Source: Octopus sinensis
Lineage: Eukaryota
DNA: 64,000 bases
Direction: 5' to 3'
Assembly: GCF_006345805.1 (NCBI RefSeq)
Contig: NC_042998.1
Span: 72,974,001 to 73,038,000 of the forward strand
Shown: positions 1 through 13,379 of the stretch, piece after piece
Numbering within the stretch: position 1 is the stretch's first letter
How the letters are laid out: every line of letters starts with the position of its first letter
The notes under the pieces: model-generated
Told to the model about the DNA's origin: nothing
The model's database searches: none
Seen by the model: the letters and a program-made list of their open reading frames with translations, nothing else
Translations under genes and position numbers: made by a program

Positions 1-1092
1 ATATACATTGTTTGTACTTAAGCTCTAAATATACACAACGGTGGCTTTAAAATTTATTTTCTAGAAGACTGGTAATAAACCATAGTATCTATATAAGTTG
101 TCGAAAGGTGAACAATAAGTATAAGCCACGTGGCATAAACTGTCTATTCTTGAACAATGTACAGATAAAAGTTTGTAATTATATAAATTTTCAGCTGTGA
201 TGAATTACACCAATACTAATGTCTTGATAGCGTCATCACTATTAACTAGTTTTAATTTATTTCACATCACGGTAGATAACAGATTAATTCAGAGTGTATT
301 TAATGTCAAATGATATACTGCCCAAGAATTCCTCTTAATTTATGTATCTCATAAGACATCGCGTCGTTATTGAAGATTTCCGATGCAAAATAGCACAAAA
401 TGTTATCGTTAATACATAACAAACACACACGCACACACGGACACACATACATATAGATATATATATATTACACTTTAGTTATTAACTCTCTTTGATACGT
501 TATATATATTGTATGTATTCATAAATGAATAACATATTTTCACATCTTAATTCATTCTTCTTTGCAGTTTATGTAACAACATAGCTATCACTTTTCTTGC
601 TTATGTTTGAAAAAGAAATTCCTCTGGTTTAATTTCTGTAAATTACCTTTTATCTGCTATATGAAATATATTTCCATGTGTTATTGAAAATCTCATGAAT
701 GTGTCTGCATTAATCTCACCTATTGTATACGGGTACGTTTGTATATACATGCTTACACACATTCATATGCAAACATACACGGATAGATATATATTATGAA
801 TATTAGAAAGATGCGTGTATATGTATGCGTGTATCGATGAACGCTCATATGTGTGTGTGTGTGTGCGTGCGTGTGTGTGCTTGTTCGTGTATTTCAAAAA
901 TCATATCAGGTTGTTTGTGTATTTTGTAATACTACATAATAATATGCTCTTGAAGAATGTTATTTGTAGACAATATACGCATGCTGTAATCCAAGAGTAG
1001 TACTTCAATTTAGTCAAAATATATATTAGGAAGAACAGCAAATGTCTCCATGGAATTACTTCTTGCTATCTTAAAACGGAACTTATCGTTCA

Positions 1093-1124
<32 letters not shown>

Positions 1125-1329
1125 GACGATGATGATGAAGATGACGACGACGACGACGACGACGACGAGGAGGAGGCGAGTGGGAGGAGAAGGAGAAGGC
1201 TAGTAGGAGAAGATATAAGAAAGAATGAAGTATGTGTTTTACACGAGTTTGTAAATATCTGCATGAATAGAGGACGGCAAAATTAGCAACACGCCTCACA
1301 GTATACCTTGTATTCTTTGATTTTTTTTT

Positions 1330-1593
1330 CTTTTATGTGTTTCAGTCATTTGACTGCAGCCATGCTGGAGCACCGTTTTTTGTCGAACAAGTCGACCCCA
1401 GGACTTATTCTTTTGTAAGCATAGTACTTATTCAATTGGTCTCTTTTTGCCAAACCGCCAAGTTACGGGGAGGTAAACACACCAATATCCGTTGTCAAGC
1501 GATGGTGGGGTGACAAACACTGACACAGAAATACATACATACATACATACATATATACATACATATATACACACACACACATACACACACACA

Positions 1594-1681
<88 letters not shown>

Positions 1682-1833
1682 GACGGGCTTCTTTCATTTT
1701 ACGTCTACCAAATCCATTTCCAAGGCTTTGGTCGACTCGAGGATATAGTATAAGACACTTGCACAAGGTACCACGCGTGGGACTGAACCCGGAACCATGT
1801 GGCTGGGAAGCAAACTTCTGACCACACAGCCAC
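1330..1833 (-). mobile_element. tRNA-derived CORE-type SINE with internal microsatellite
   Basis: Minus strand reads GTGGCTGTGTGGTCAG..CATGGTTCCGGGTTCAGTCC (A/B-box-like head), then CCTTGTGCAAGTG (CORE-like), (TA)n(TG)n, and a 3' body ending ..CAGTCAAATGACTGAAAC. Recurs at 2020, 8290, 45420, 57198, 61053. Confidence 0.85.
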
Positions 1834-1861
1834 TCGCTCTACATATCTTTTGGTACTTAAA

Positions 1862-2010
1862 TGTCTGAGTTCAAACTTTGCTAAGTCAGCTTTACATTTC
1901 ATCATTTCAAGCTTGATAAAATAAGTACCAGCTGAGTACTTGAATCGATGAAACTGACTATCCCACCATTTGCCTCAAATTTCTGGCCTTGTGTTACAAT
2001 TTGAAATCAT
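1862..2010 (+). mobile_element. Decayed SINE of a second family (same as 21489-21720)
   Basis: GAGTTCAAA..CTTTACATTTCATCATTTC..GATAAAATAAGTACCAG matches the 21489 copy. Confidence 0.6.
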
Positions 2011-2019
2011 TATTTTAAT

Positions 2020-2385
2020 GTTTTACTTGTTTCAATCATTTGACTGCGGCCATACTGGGGCACCAACCGCTTTCAAAAGTTTTAATCGAACAAATCGATC
2101 CCAGGACCTATTTTCTAATGTCTGGTACTTTCTGCCAAACTGCTAAGTTACAGTGTGTACACACAAATACAAGTTGTGAAGTAGTGAAATGTACAAACAC
2201 AGACACAAACAGACACACACACACATATATAAACGATGGACTTCTTTTCAGTTTCCGTCTAACAAATTCACCCACACGGGTTTCGTCGGCCTATGGCTAT
2301 ATAAGAATACAATTGTAGTAGGTGCCACACAGCGTGACTGAATCCAGAAGCATGTGGTTGGTAAGCAAGCTTCTCAAACAGCCAC
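2020..2385 (-). mobile_element. CORE-type SINE copy
   Basis: Same blocks and order as 1330-1833. Confidence 0.8.
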
Positions 2386-2949
2386 TCCTGTGCCTGGTAC
2401 GCAGCTACGCCAGTTACATTTTTATACATTTTATTATTTCATCCTGCCAGTGTAGATTATGTTAATATGATATATAATTATGATATGTGCTGACCTTTTC
2501 CATACGTTTGTAAATGTTTTGCTATATTTGTTATTAAAATGCCTACACTAATGCTATGTTCCATGGATATCTTTCGACCAATGATGGCTATGAATAATGT
2601 GTGTGCATGTCTCTACTTCCCTCTCTGCTAGCGCTTGTCTGTAATAGAGGATTGGATGGGTGGAGGTGAGTTGCAGTTGTGATATGCAATCCAGTACGGT
2701 ATATGAAATATTCGTGTTGTCGGTGATTAAACAAAATAAACACTAATGGGTGAAGTGGATTACGAAAAAATACCTGTTCATTTTATGAGTCTATGTATAA
2801 AAGTATGAGTTATTCTGTTCAAGTCGTACCTTTCTTTAGCTACGGATATCTTAGACATCAAACAAATATACTTCTGCTTGCTAACACAGATGGATGTAAG
2901 TGTCCTGAAACATATACCTTTCAAATTATGTGATTGTTAAAATTGGCTT

Positions 2950-4000
2950 ACGATATATTTGTTGGTGTATATTTTCAATCAGATGTTTCAAAGAAAAGTA
3001 GATAGGCCCATTCCGCCATTAATCACTTGGCAAAAATTATATATTCGGTTTTTCTCATTCGCTCTTGGAATGTTGAAATCTTGATTCATAATTAGACGTC
3101 GACCAAATGAAATACTAATTACAATTCCCTGGGACTTGCTAAGTATAGATTACATACGTCATGTCGTCAGCATACTTAGTGTGGCCTATGTGTTCCAGAT
3201 ACTTATCAAAATATTTGTTATTTTTCAGGAAAAAAAAAACATTTCGAAGGATATTGAAAAAAATGCTACGCGAAATAGGAAAAGCAGGCGAACCTGTCTC
3301 AAAGGTTTATTTCAATCAAATCTGTCAGCTAATCATTTATCACTGCCGCCTTTGCTATTGCTGTATAGTGCAATACTAATTCGTACTATCGGGTCTATAT
3401 ATACTGTTATCATTAATTTTCAGAGGGCCTTCCGCCAGCTCATGTCCAAAGCGATTAAAAGTCGATGAATTTTGAATTGAAATTATACTTGATATTTTTC
3501 ATTTTCAGGGATCTGCCTGACTCTATAAATTGGCAACAACGGAGCCTCTACGACTTCTAAATTAGAATCCATTCACTCAACTAGTTCTACAAATTTACTT
3601 TTCATTCTATCTTAGAGGAATAATATATACTGAACATTTTTGTCAGCATCGATAAGTGAAAAATCGTGCCCTAGATTTCAGGTGATTTTTTATGCATTCT
3701 TAATTCATCTAAATTACCAGCATACGGGTGCAAGATCATATTTTCTTTCCCTTTCCCAAACCACATTAAATATCATGCTTTATGTTAGCCACGACCTTTC
3801 CTCCTGCTATTGGTATTTAGTAGCTGATCGTATCTATAGAGGCTTTCGGATTTTTCATTCTTTTAAATGCTTTTTCTATTCCTTATGATGTTATGTTTCC
3901 ATCACGCGGACGAACACAGATTTCTGATACAGCTTCCATCTTGTATGCGAATATCTGATACAACGTTATTTAAATTGGACATCCCGCATTAAATTGTTTT
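2950..4000 (-). pseudogene. Heavily decayed non-LTR (RTE-like) reverse transcriptase
   Basis: Minus-strand motifs in the correct order across frameshifts: IEKAFKRMKNPKAS, IFNVVWE, SMLTKMF, RVRQI, FIDF, LRQ, FFNI, and KYADD at 3163-3174. Confidence 0.6.
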
Positions 4001-4959
4001 AGTTGTTTGCATGCTCCAATCATTTTTTTTTAATTGCACCACATGATTATATTCTTTCACCCCATTTCACGGACTGACATTGAACGATGCTGGATATTAA
4101 CGTACAATATATCAGCTTCTGGCCGTAGTAGTTTACCCTGCACATTCGTGTTTATTCGTATTTGAATGATTTTTCCATTTATCTTCTAAAATCGTTCAGC
4201 CTTTATGACATTTTCTGTGTTGTTCATCATTAATTACTCTCCTGACATTTCGCTTTGTATCAAAATACTCCCATTTCTAAAAGTAAACCTTTCACTCTCT
4301 TCGAAATTTCACACTGAGGAATCCTTCAATTTGTCTTGTTTGGTGTTTCTCTCGCAGCTACATCTAGTTACTTAATGTTATGCGTTTACAACTGCAGCAA
4401 AGGCATAAAATCGCTTTTTAGCTGTATTCAGATTTCCGAGTTAGGTTTTGCTCACGTATTTCTTCACGGCATTTATTTTGGCCCCACTTGAAATTTATAG
4501 TGTGTCGCTGTATGTTTTGCATTGTGTGTGTCTATGTGTGGCCGTGTGTGTTTGTGCATGTGTGTGTGTGTGTGTGTGTGCATGAGTATGTGTGCAGGTA
4601 AAATTTGATCATGTGTCTGTTGTGTGAAAAAAGAAGGAAGAACGGATGGATTAGTCCACCAGGATAAATATGGTGGAGTAATGCCAATGGGTTGACGGAA
4701 GGTCGGCCGTAACCCGACAGCTCATGAGCAATGTGTCGACTCGGGAATTCGAGTAGTACCTGTGAGCGGACAAGCATCTAGTACTATATCTTAAACGGAC
4801 TTAATGTCGTACGAGAACTGTACGACAAGTCTCTGTAAAAAAATCAGAATACGAAATAAGATCAGGTTACATTTATTTAATACAACTGCAATTTACGGCA
4901 ACGCAAGACAAAAAATTTAAGAAAATCGTCCTTTTCTATACTTATTTTGTATTTATTAA

Positions 4960-7330
4960 GGGATGCAAGTATCACGAGGTTTGATTTTCACTGGTGCTTC
5001 ATGTTTCGTCGAAAGGGTGTCATAATTCGAGTTAGCGTCGAAAATGATAATTCACATGTAGCTGTGCTAGATCCAAATGTTGATGCTGCACCATATAAAA
5101 CATAAACATTTGGAAAGGCATCCTGTACAATACGTAAAGATCCAAGAATATCAAGCAGTGTCATCATATTTTGTTTGTAAATGTATGATTTAGCCACAGT
5201 AAGTTCAGAAAGAATGGCTGATTTATCGCAAATAACAAAATTTCTCAAAGGTTGTAACGCACCAAAATACAAATATGTTTCGGACGTTGGTAAGAGACTT
5301 GCCAAGGAAGAATATATACTAGCGTTTTGCTCAGAAAATCTATTATCTAGCTCTCTCAAGGTTTCGTCGATGATCGCGAAATAAATTTTGCGGTGAAAGG
5401 TTATCCAGTCATCTTGTGATGGTACTAGGGCTTCAACAACAAAATCTGCGAACGTTGGGACCCGTAAGCTTTTCGACGCATGCGTTCTTGAATAACATGA
5501 AATTGACTCATTTGTTTTAGAATCTCAACAAATAATAAAGAGTTTCTCAGTTTGATTAATTCACTCTTGGCAATCTTAAGACTCCCAAGGCCATAGTATA
5601 TATCACATTTGTGACTGAAGCTGTTTGTCTACTGGTCTATGCAGAAATTACAAAAAGAAACCTTGGGGAACGAACTTGATGTAAACTTCCAGTGTTTTTT
5701 TAATCTGATGAATCTGTGCATTCGGTTAGCAAACCAAAAATTTTGGGGTGATTTTCTGTTACAGAAGCAATGGCAGTGAAATTACCCGACCACCTATGAT
5801 CCATAAGACGTGGCAACTTCAACTCTTTGCAGAGACAAGCTATCTTTGGCCGTTTAATAAAATTATGAAGAATATTAACGGTATCGAAGAACGTATCTAA
5901 CTCCGGAATCCACTTTATTGTGTTAACCATGACAAGATGCAACTGATGATTAACACAATGAACATAGGGTATATATTTCTCAAGTCGATTCTGAATCTTT
6001 CTTTGAACGCCACCTATTCTGCCAGACATCACAGAAGCACCATCATAGCATTGTGACAACATAAGCTTTGTGTCAAAGCAAAGGTTGGTCAAAAACGCCG
6101 CCGCCGTAGTGATCTCATTCTCGCCCACAACATCATAAGCGGAAAGTGTAACCTCTCGAAAGAGCTGTTCTTCACTCCTGCTCCAGAGCGTCGGCTGCGG
6201 GGTCATTCGGAAAAGCTCTACCTGCGACGATTTCATCTCAATCGAAGGAGAGGAGCTTTCTCCGTCCGAGTTGCGGATCCGTGGAACAAGCTGCCAGACG
6301 AGATGGTGAAGATGCCGACGACCGCTTTGTTCAAAGCCACCCTTGACCTCAAGTGGCCTGAACTCTTTACATGAACACCACCCTGTACTTAACTCCATGT
6401 CCCCCTACATGGCCTTGCTATTTGCTTTTGAGCCAAATTAACTAACTAACTAACTAATTCCTTAATTATGAAGTCCGCAAATATTTCAGCGTCATAATGT
6501 TGAGTAGTTGGCATCGCAACTAACTTCTCCAAAACCCTGCCGTTTTTCAAGTACCTAATAACAATTGCAAAATTTTCAATATTACTCAAATCACGCGTTC
6601 CGTCACATTTCAGCGTAAAATAAGGAACATCGGAATATATTATTTCATCGACCACGAGGCTGTCAATGTCTCTTCTCAACAATTCGATGATTTCATTTTG
6701 CATTGCTGCTGACGTGTAGGTCGCATTTTTTTGGAGTCGAGCTATAACATTCCATTAGCTTTGAATCTTTCTCTAATGTGTATTGGAATAATTTCATAAA
6801 AAGACCACAAGGCTGCCTGTTATCTTCCGAATAAAGATCCTGTAAAGTTTCATTTTCGTTTCCTTGGAAAGGCAATTCGTTTGCACAAAGAAAATGAACA
6901 ATATCAACAATGGAACTGATATAATAACAGTTTTTGCTCAACTGATGACTTTGCAAGATTGAAGACACGGATTTTGTTGTGGATAAACGCTGTTGGTGTT
7001 CTTTCCATGTTACCATAGCAGAGTTTGCGTGCGTATTTAAAACTTTTGGGTTTTTTTTCGTTTGCATGATGCCAATTAGAATATCCATTTTTAATAAAAC
7101 AAGTATCAGCTTGAGCAGAAATATTAAAGTGCCGACAAAGCAAAAGAAAACCAGGCTTTCTTTGAAAGAGAATAATCTAACCATGGACGACTAGTATACC
7201 AGCTTGACGAGAAGTCACGTCTCCGATTTCCATAAATATTTGGATCAAACTTTGCTAGCACTGTCTGCCCGGGTTGGTAGTCGGCTTGTCCTAGATCATC
7301 CAATGAGGGCGTCAAAGACTTTGCAAGACC
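4960..7330 (-). mobile_element. hAT-superfamily transposase pseudogene (ZMYM1/Tip100-like), frameshifted and interrupted
   Basis: Successive ORFs give a TTF-type Zn finger (SSWYTSRPWLDYS), DUF4371-like HFLCANELPFQG, MQNEII..YFTLKCDGTRD (first catalytic D), SQCYDGASVMSG..YVHCVNHQLHL, HRWS, and the hAT dimerisation motif SSTATCELSFSTL. TIRs not located. Confidence 0.9.
6093..6457 (+). mobile_element. 5'-truncated CR1-clade LINE 3' end inserted in the hAT transposase
   Basis: Stop-free frame RRRRSDLILAHNIISGKCNL..RLRGHSEKL..FSVRVADPWNKLPDEMV..FKATLD typical of the CR1 ORF2 C-terminus, ending in a (CTAA)n tail. Removing it rejoins the hAT frame as IIKE-LTNLCFD. Confidence 0.88.
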
Positions 7331-8289
7331 TACCTTGAGCTACGAAACTTCGTTTGCAATTCTCCTCTGTTTAGCATTATTAGATGAATCGGATTGGAAA
7401 TTCAGTAATGATTGCTTAAGTTCTCTTTTTCGATAGTGATTCAATATTTTTGGGCACTGATATTCGCAATTATTCATTCTAAGGTAGAATATTGTAGTAA
7501 GAGTAACGGTTTCTTAAAATATATGTATTTTAAAATTAAACTCGTAAGAGATTTCAGTTGAAGCAATTCTTTTTTTCAGTTTCTTCAAAGTTATGCGTTT
7601 TTAGTTAAACACAAAATGATATCAGTATAAACTTTGTTCAAAGAGTAAGGAAAATTATTCAGTGAAAGTTCTCACATGAAAAATCATTTCTGAATGTATA
7701 TTTTGGGAAATTTCTAAAATTTTCTTTCCTTTTTCGCGAATAAGTCCTCTCTGACTAGTAGAAATAAAATGACTTTTTAATGTCCGTCTCTGTTCGTATA
7801 TATACGTGTGTGGTGTTGCACTTACTACCATAAATCTCTAACAACAGCATCAATTCTTCACATACTTTTCAACAGCAACAAGGAAAATCACCAGCACCAC
7901 CGCCGGCGTCGCCACCACGACGAACACCACCACAGCAACAACAACTGACCCAGCGTGAGTCACTCCTTAATTCAACTCACAGTTGATGATCCGGTCAGCA
8001 CCCTACATTTTCATATCATTACTAAATCAAAAGAAATTCAATTTATTGCATCTTTAGCGACTTCAGATACTGACATCCCATAGCCGCTTGGCTACGTGCT
8101 TGCTTCTCTACCGTTTCTTCTCTCCTACTTTCCGGCAGAAAACTGCTGTTATTATTTTGTACTTTTTATTTTTGTATCTGTACATGGTCAGTGTATTCTG
8201 GAGTTAGAACAAAGCAATATTGCTAAAATTGTAAAGAGTGTTAGTGGACCGTGTTATGTTTATTGGTGAACAGTTTTCAATAATTACCC

Positions 8290-8443
8290 AGGAGTTGTGT
8301 GGTAAGAAATTTGCTTTCCAACCACGTGTTCTGAGTTCTGTGTCACCGTGTGTCAACTTGGGCGAGTTTCTTCGACTATTGTCTCGGGCCAGCTAAAACT
8401 TTCTCATGAGATTTCGTAGACATAAAATGTGAAGGTTGTCGTG

Positions 8444-8479
<36 letters not shown>

Positions 8480-8760
8480 TGCACACACACGTGCACATTT
8501 ATGTATGTATGTATGTATGCATTATGCATATATGAATGAGTGAGAGTGTCTGTCTTTTTGGTGTCTGTGTTTATTCCCCACCACCGTTTTTGCTTTCTTT
8601 ACGTCTCTGTATCCTAGCGGTTCAGGAATAAATCCGGTTACATACACGGCAAGTGTCGAAAAAATAATTCCTGGTGTCAATTCGTTTGACTAAAACCCTT
8701 CAAGGCGGTTTTTCAGCAAGGCCTCAGTCAAATGAGTGAAACAAATAAAATATAAAAGAT
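8290..8760 (+). mobile_element. CORE-type SINE copy, diverged
   Basis: GTTGTGTGGTAAGAAATTTGCTTTCCAACCAC..CTTGGGCGAGT, then (CA)n, then ..CAGTCAAATGAGTGAAAC. Confidence 0.7.
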
Positions 8761-9949
8761 GGCATATCCCAAAAAACTGTATATTTAAAACTAAATCTGT
8801 TTAGCTTCAAATGACTGAAGTGTGATAAAATCTCTAATAGTCGTTATTGTTGATGAACACGGCATCCGATTCGATAGAGTAAGGCTATTATCGAAGGTAT
8901 CATCACATCCATTGCTATCCTGTTTTTAAGGTATATTGTATCTCAGAATGTGTATCTTATCCAGTAGGCTCCTACAGTATAAAAACTTGTATAATTTTCA
9001 GATGAATTTTGGCTTTTAATTTTACTATCACAAGCGATCTCCTGTAGGCTCCATCATTCATTCAACGTTATCTAAACTGATTTAAAAGTTCATTGTTATA
9101 GTACAATTTGCGTATTAATTGAACCTTCAATAATTTTGAGAAAAAAAGGTTTTTTAACTTTAAAGTATATGCGTAAATGTGCGTGTCCGTGCGCGCGCGT
9201 GTTTGGCGAGCACATTAAGAAGATATACGATCTATCAACATTAAATGTATATAATTTCCAGACAATTATTCATTATTGACGAAAAGTATATTTCTAGTAT
9301 GTAAATACTATGAAACCATCAGTGATATCACGCAATACGTTCTAATATACGTTTATTTTCATATATTTGTTTCAAGGAGACACTGTGTTACGTTGTGGGA
9401 AATCGCAAATGCTAGCTCGGCGGGATTTGATGTTAAAGAACAGTTGGAGAGTAAATATATGTTGAGATAAGCAGAGCATTTATACAGGCTGTGACAGGTA
9501 AAACCTAACAGATCTTCCAAGAAAAAAGTTGGAGGCTATCACATCTATTTGATACGGTTGACAAATCATGGCGAATAACATGTTGGAATTTTTCAACTTC
9601 TATAGGAACACGTACACAGAAAAATGAGTGATATCATCTTATTCTGCACGACGCATACAGCAAGCCGTCTTATATTATAATATATAATTTCCGTAGCTTA
9701 CGGGTGCTTTCAATAAGACACTCGCATATTGCAGCGAAAACTGTAATTTTTTCAACCGACAGAATACGTTTAACTCACTGACATGTGTATATGCATAAAC
9801 CTCCACACACACACATACGCACACACAAACGCAAACAAACACATATACATACAAATATAGATATGTATACATAAGTATATAAATGTATGTTTCACTCCCA
9901 TACTGGTTGTCTGTGTGTACATCTTATAGAAGTTGAAGAATTTCCACAT

Positions 9950-11325
9950 AAAAGCTCAGGTACTCTCTAATGCGGTGTCAAACATGGAGATATTCCTGCC
10001 CCTACACTTTTCTCTATTCATCTTGCTGCATTACTTTGGTATGCTTTCAAGGGTTGCAACAGGGGAATCGGAATCAGATTCCGAACATATGGTCGTATTT
10101 TTAATTTGACTTGTTTGAGAATTTGACTTGTTAGAGAATTACTTTAAGCTGATGATGCTGATTTTTCGGCACACCCAGAGGGGTATGTGCAACATTTAAT
10201 GGACAGATTTTCCACTGCCTATGTACATTTCGGACTCACAATTAGTTTGGGAAAATCCAAAGTGATATTTACTCCCATGCCAGGACAAATATATCCTGAA
10301 CCAAACATTTTTGTGAATGGAGCAAGGTTAGAAGTCGTTGACACCTTTGTTTACCTAGAAAGCACACTGTCAAGAGATAGTAGTCTTGATGCAGAGATAT
10401 ACTGTCAAATAGAGATGGGAAGCGTTGCATTTGGAAAGCTCGAAACGCGAGTATGGTCGGATAGATTTTTTTCCCTGCAGACAAATATATCAGTGTCGAT
10501 AAAGCGTGTGTATTGTCTGCACTCCTTTACTCAAGTGAGATATGGACCACTTGTAAGCGTCACATGGAACGATTTCATCAAAAATGCTTCAGATTTATTC
10601 TAGGAGTCAAGTGGGAAAATTTTCATACTGGATACAGAGGCTATGTGCATGGCACTTGCAGCTCAATTGAACAACGTGTTCTTTTGACTCAAATGAGATG
10701 GACTGGACATGTTATTAGATTGAAAGATGAGCGTTTGCCAAAGCATTTATTTTACCGTGAGCTCGGTAAGCGACCACAACATAAGCCGAGGAAAAGGTAT
10801 AAAGTCTTTGTGAAGGAAAGACTGAAGAAACTAGATATGAACAAAAGTGATTGGGAAAAGGATGCTCTAGATCGAGAGAAGTGTAGAGGTGCTAATAGGA
10901 CTGGTTGCAATGCCTAGGAGGAAAAGATGATTCAGCACTCTGAACGTAAAAGGGCCTGCCGCAGAAGAACAATTGTTACTGTAATCAACAGTAAACTTTG
11001 GACACGTGATATATGTCACCATGTTCTGTTGCCAAAAGCAGGATGTTTGAACCATATGAAGTTGCATGAAAATCGTAATGCCCAGACAGGTAATGATTTC
11101 GGACACCAACCACCTCTTACGACTTGTGTCATATGTCAAAAAACTTGTAAGACAATATATGAACTTAAAAGACATACGTTCTTTCATAAAAAAACATTCC
11201 TTCAGAATCAGATTCCATAGTGCAAAGATATAAAAGAAACTTGAATAATTTGGCACGTGTGTTTTAAGCCCTATCAGTCAGCAGCTAGTCTTAAAAGTCG
11301 TCTATGGGTTCATCAACGGGTGATT
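9950..11325 (+). mobile_element. 5'-truncated RTE-clade LINE (RT C-terminal half plus C2H2 fingers), pseudogenised
   Basis: GVKHGDIPAPTLF, GIRFRTYGRIFNL, LL*ADDA, FGLTISLGKSKV, FVYLESTLS, LLYSSEIW, QMRWTGHVIR..RLPKHLFY, followed by C2H2-like motifs. Confidence 0.88.
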
Positions 11326-11924
11326 TTACTGTGTGACAGTGTGGTGTGTGTGTGTGTATTGATGGGATGGCTATCATCTCTCAAGATGTAGCAACCACTA
11401 TATATGCAGGTAGGTATAAATATATAAATGTATTAAATACAAATTACTTTGAAAGTCAACAAAGTTTGCTTTTAAAGCGTTGACATGTATTGAAAGATAC
11501 AGATGAGGAAATAATTTTAAACTCAAACGCAGGGTAATGCTAATAATATGGCATTAACAGGATAAAATATCCATATTTTGGAGAAAAATTTGTCGGCAGC
11601 CAGTTTAGCTTAATGGTAAATCACTTGGCGCATAATAACATGGATGTGAAATCGAGTCTCATGGCTGGCCGCCAACAGTTTTTTTCTACAAAATTTTTTC
11701 TACACATTAATTACAAAATATTAAAAGAAAATAGATAACATACCATAGATGAGTAAACACGGAATCTCACATACTCTATGGAAAACAAAATTAGGGAAGC
11801 GAGTGAGTGGTATTGTTTTGCATTTATAATATAATAAATATATGCAAATTATAAAAATGATACAGAAATATAAAAAGTACAGAAGTTTATCTACTGCGTG
11901 AATTTTCATCTATATATATATAGA

Positions 11925-12335
11925 TATAATTATTATTTGAGGGAATAAAATCCAAACTTACAAGGAAAAAAATTCAATTTAGACATACTAAATCAAATTT
12001 CACACAATATAATATATATATATATAAAATAAGAAAAAAACCCACCTTTTATCAATTGAAAATGAACAATTAAATTACTCCATTTAGAAAATTATATATA
12101 ACAGAAATATTAAAATTAAAATAACAATAAAATGTCAATCATTAAGTAAATTGCAAAAAAAGAGGATGATAATGATAATAAAAACGTAAATAATTTGTAG
12201 AATAACGACACGTGTTCGTGGCTATATTTAACAAATGATTATAGTAGTAAAGAAATCACTTCAATATAAATATAGTCACTCATCAGATTAAAAATAAACT
12301 AGAACAATAAAATAATTAATTAATAAATATACTTT
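11925..12335 (-). mobile_element. PLE terminal-repeat-like module with decayed hammerhead, flanked by (TA)n
   Basis: Terminal ~70 bp is similar (inverted) to 15095-15165. Contains CTGATGA-stem II-GAAC ACGT GTC at 12203-12290. Confidence 0.6.
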
Positions 12336-12336
12336 A

Positions 12337-12411
<75 letters not shown>

Positions 12412-12937
12412 TACATATGAAAATACTAAATATACATAAGTGAAAACTGAAACAATACTTAAATTATTAAATACATTAAAATTAAATTAAATGCACAAAG
12501 CTAGTACAAGTCATTAAATTGTAATCAAAATAAGAAATGGTTCAAATATAGACAAACTCCTTAAATAAACTAACCATATAATAAATATACATGTGTAGTA
12601 TCTATAGATTTAATATAATAATCTATAACAAAGATGACTAAATATCAAATAATATAATACCTAATTAACTTAAAATTTAATATTACAAATAAATAAGCCA
12701 CCTGATAATTAAATAATATATTGTCTGACGAAATTAAATCTTAAATTAAATTAAATGTAATTCGTTAGATCCCATTATATATAAATATATATACATTTTT
12801 AAAAAAAGATACATAATTTATATAATATATATATATATATATATATATCAATACATACATATATATATATACGCACATACATAAATACATGCACACAAAT
12901 ACATACATTCTGATATATATATATATATATGTATATA

Positions 12938-12983
<46 letters not shown>

Positions 12984-13379
12984 CATACAAACAAATGTGT
13001 GTGAGAGTGTGCATGAAAGTATGTATGCATATTCAGCATGTTCTTTTTATTTCAAGATTTCCAACACTGGAGATTATGACATTCTGTGGGTAGTGTATTT
13101 TTCTTCGTCATTTCGATGATTTTATCATTCTCCTAATGTATTGTTACGAAGGAAAGAAGTCGTAATATTTTCTTTTTTGAATTGTTCTCTGTACATTATG
13201 CTATAAAAATACGAGATAACAATTCTTGTAAACAATACATCGGTTTCTGAGTCATGTATTCAAATTACAAGTTTAGTTAGCTTTTAGAGTTGAAGATTTA
13301 GAACTTAGCATTAGAATATAGAATTATGGTTCCAATGTTCGATTAAGAATCGGTTTTAGAGTAAAATGGAGAAACGAGA

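Noticed and set aside
1010-1095. LNDKFRFKIARSNSMETFAVL peptide / RFX-like GTCTCCATGGAAT
   Set aside because: Short, adjacent to a triplet repeat, and only a partial motif match.
4770-7800. Terminal inverted repeats and 8 bp TSD for the hAT element
   Set aside because: No convincing matching termini found by eye, so boundaries are left at the coding remnants.
7876-7954. AG|QQGKSPAPPPASPPRRTPPQQQQLTQ|GTGAGT exon-like segment
   Set aside because: Low-complexity CAC/CAA tract, open in several frames, with no partner exon.
12722-12768. CTGACGA within a small hairpin
   Set aside because: No GAAA or cleavage arm; a simple AT-rich stem-loop.
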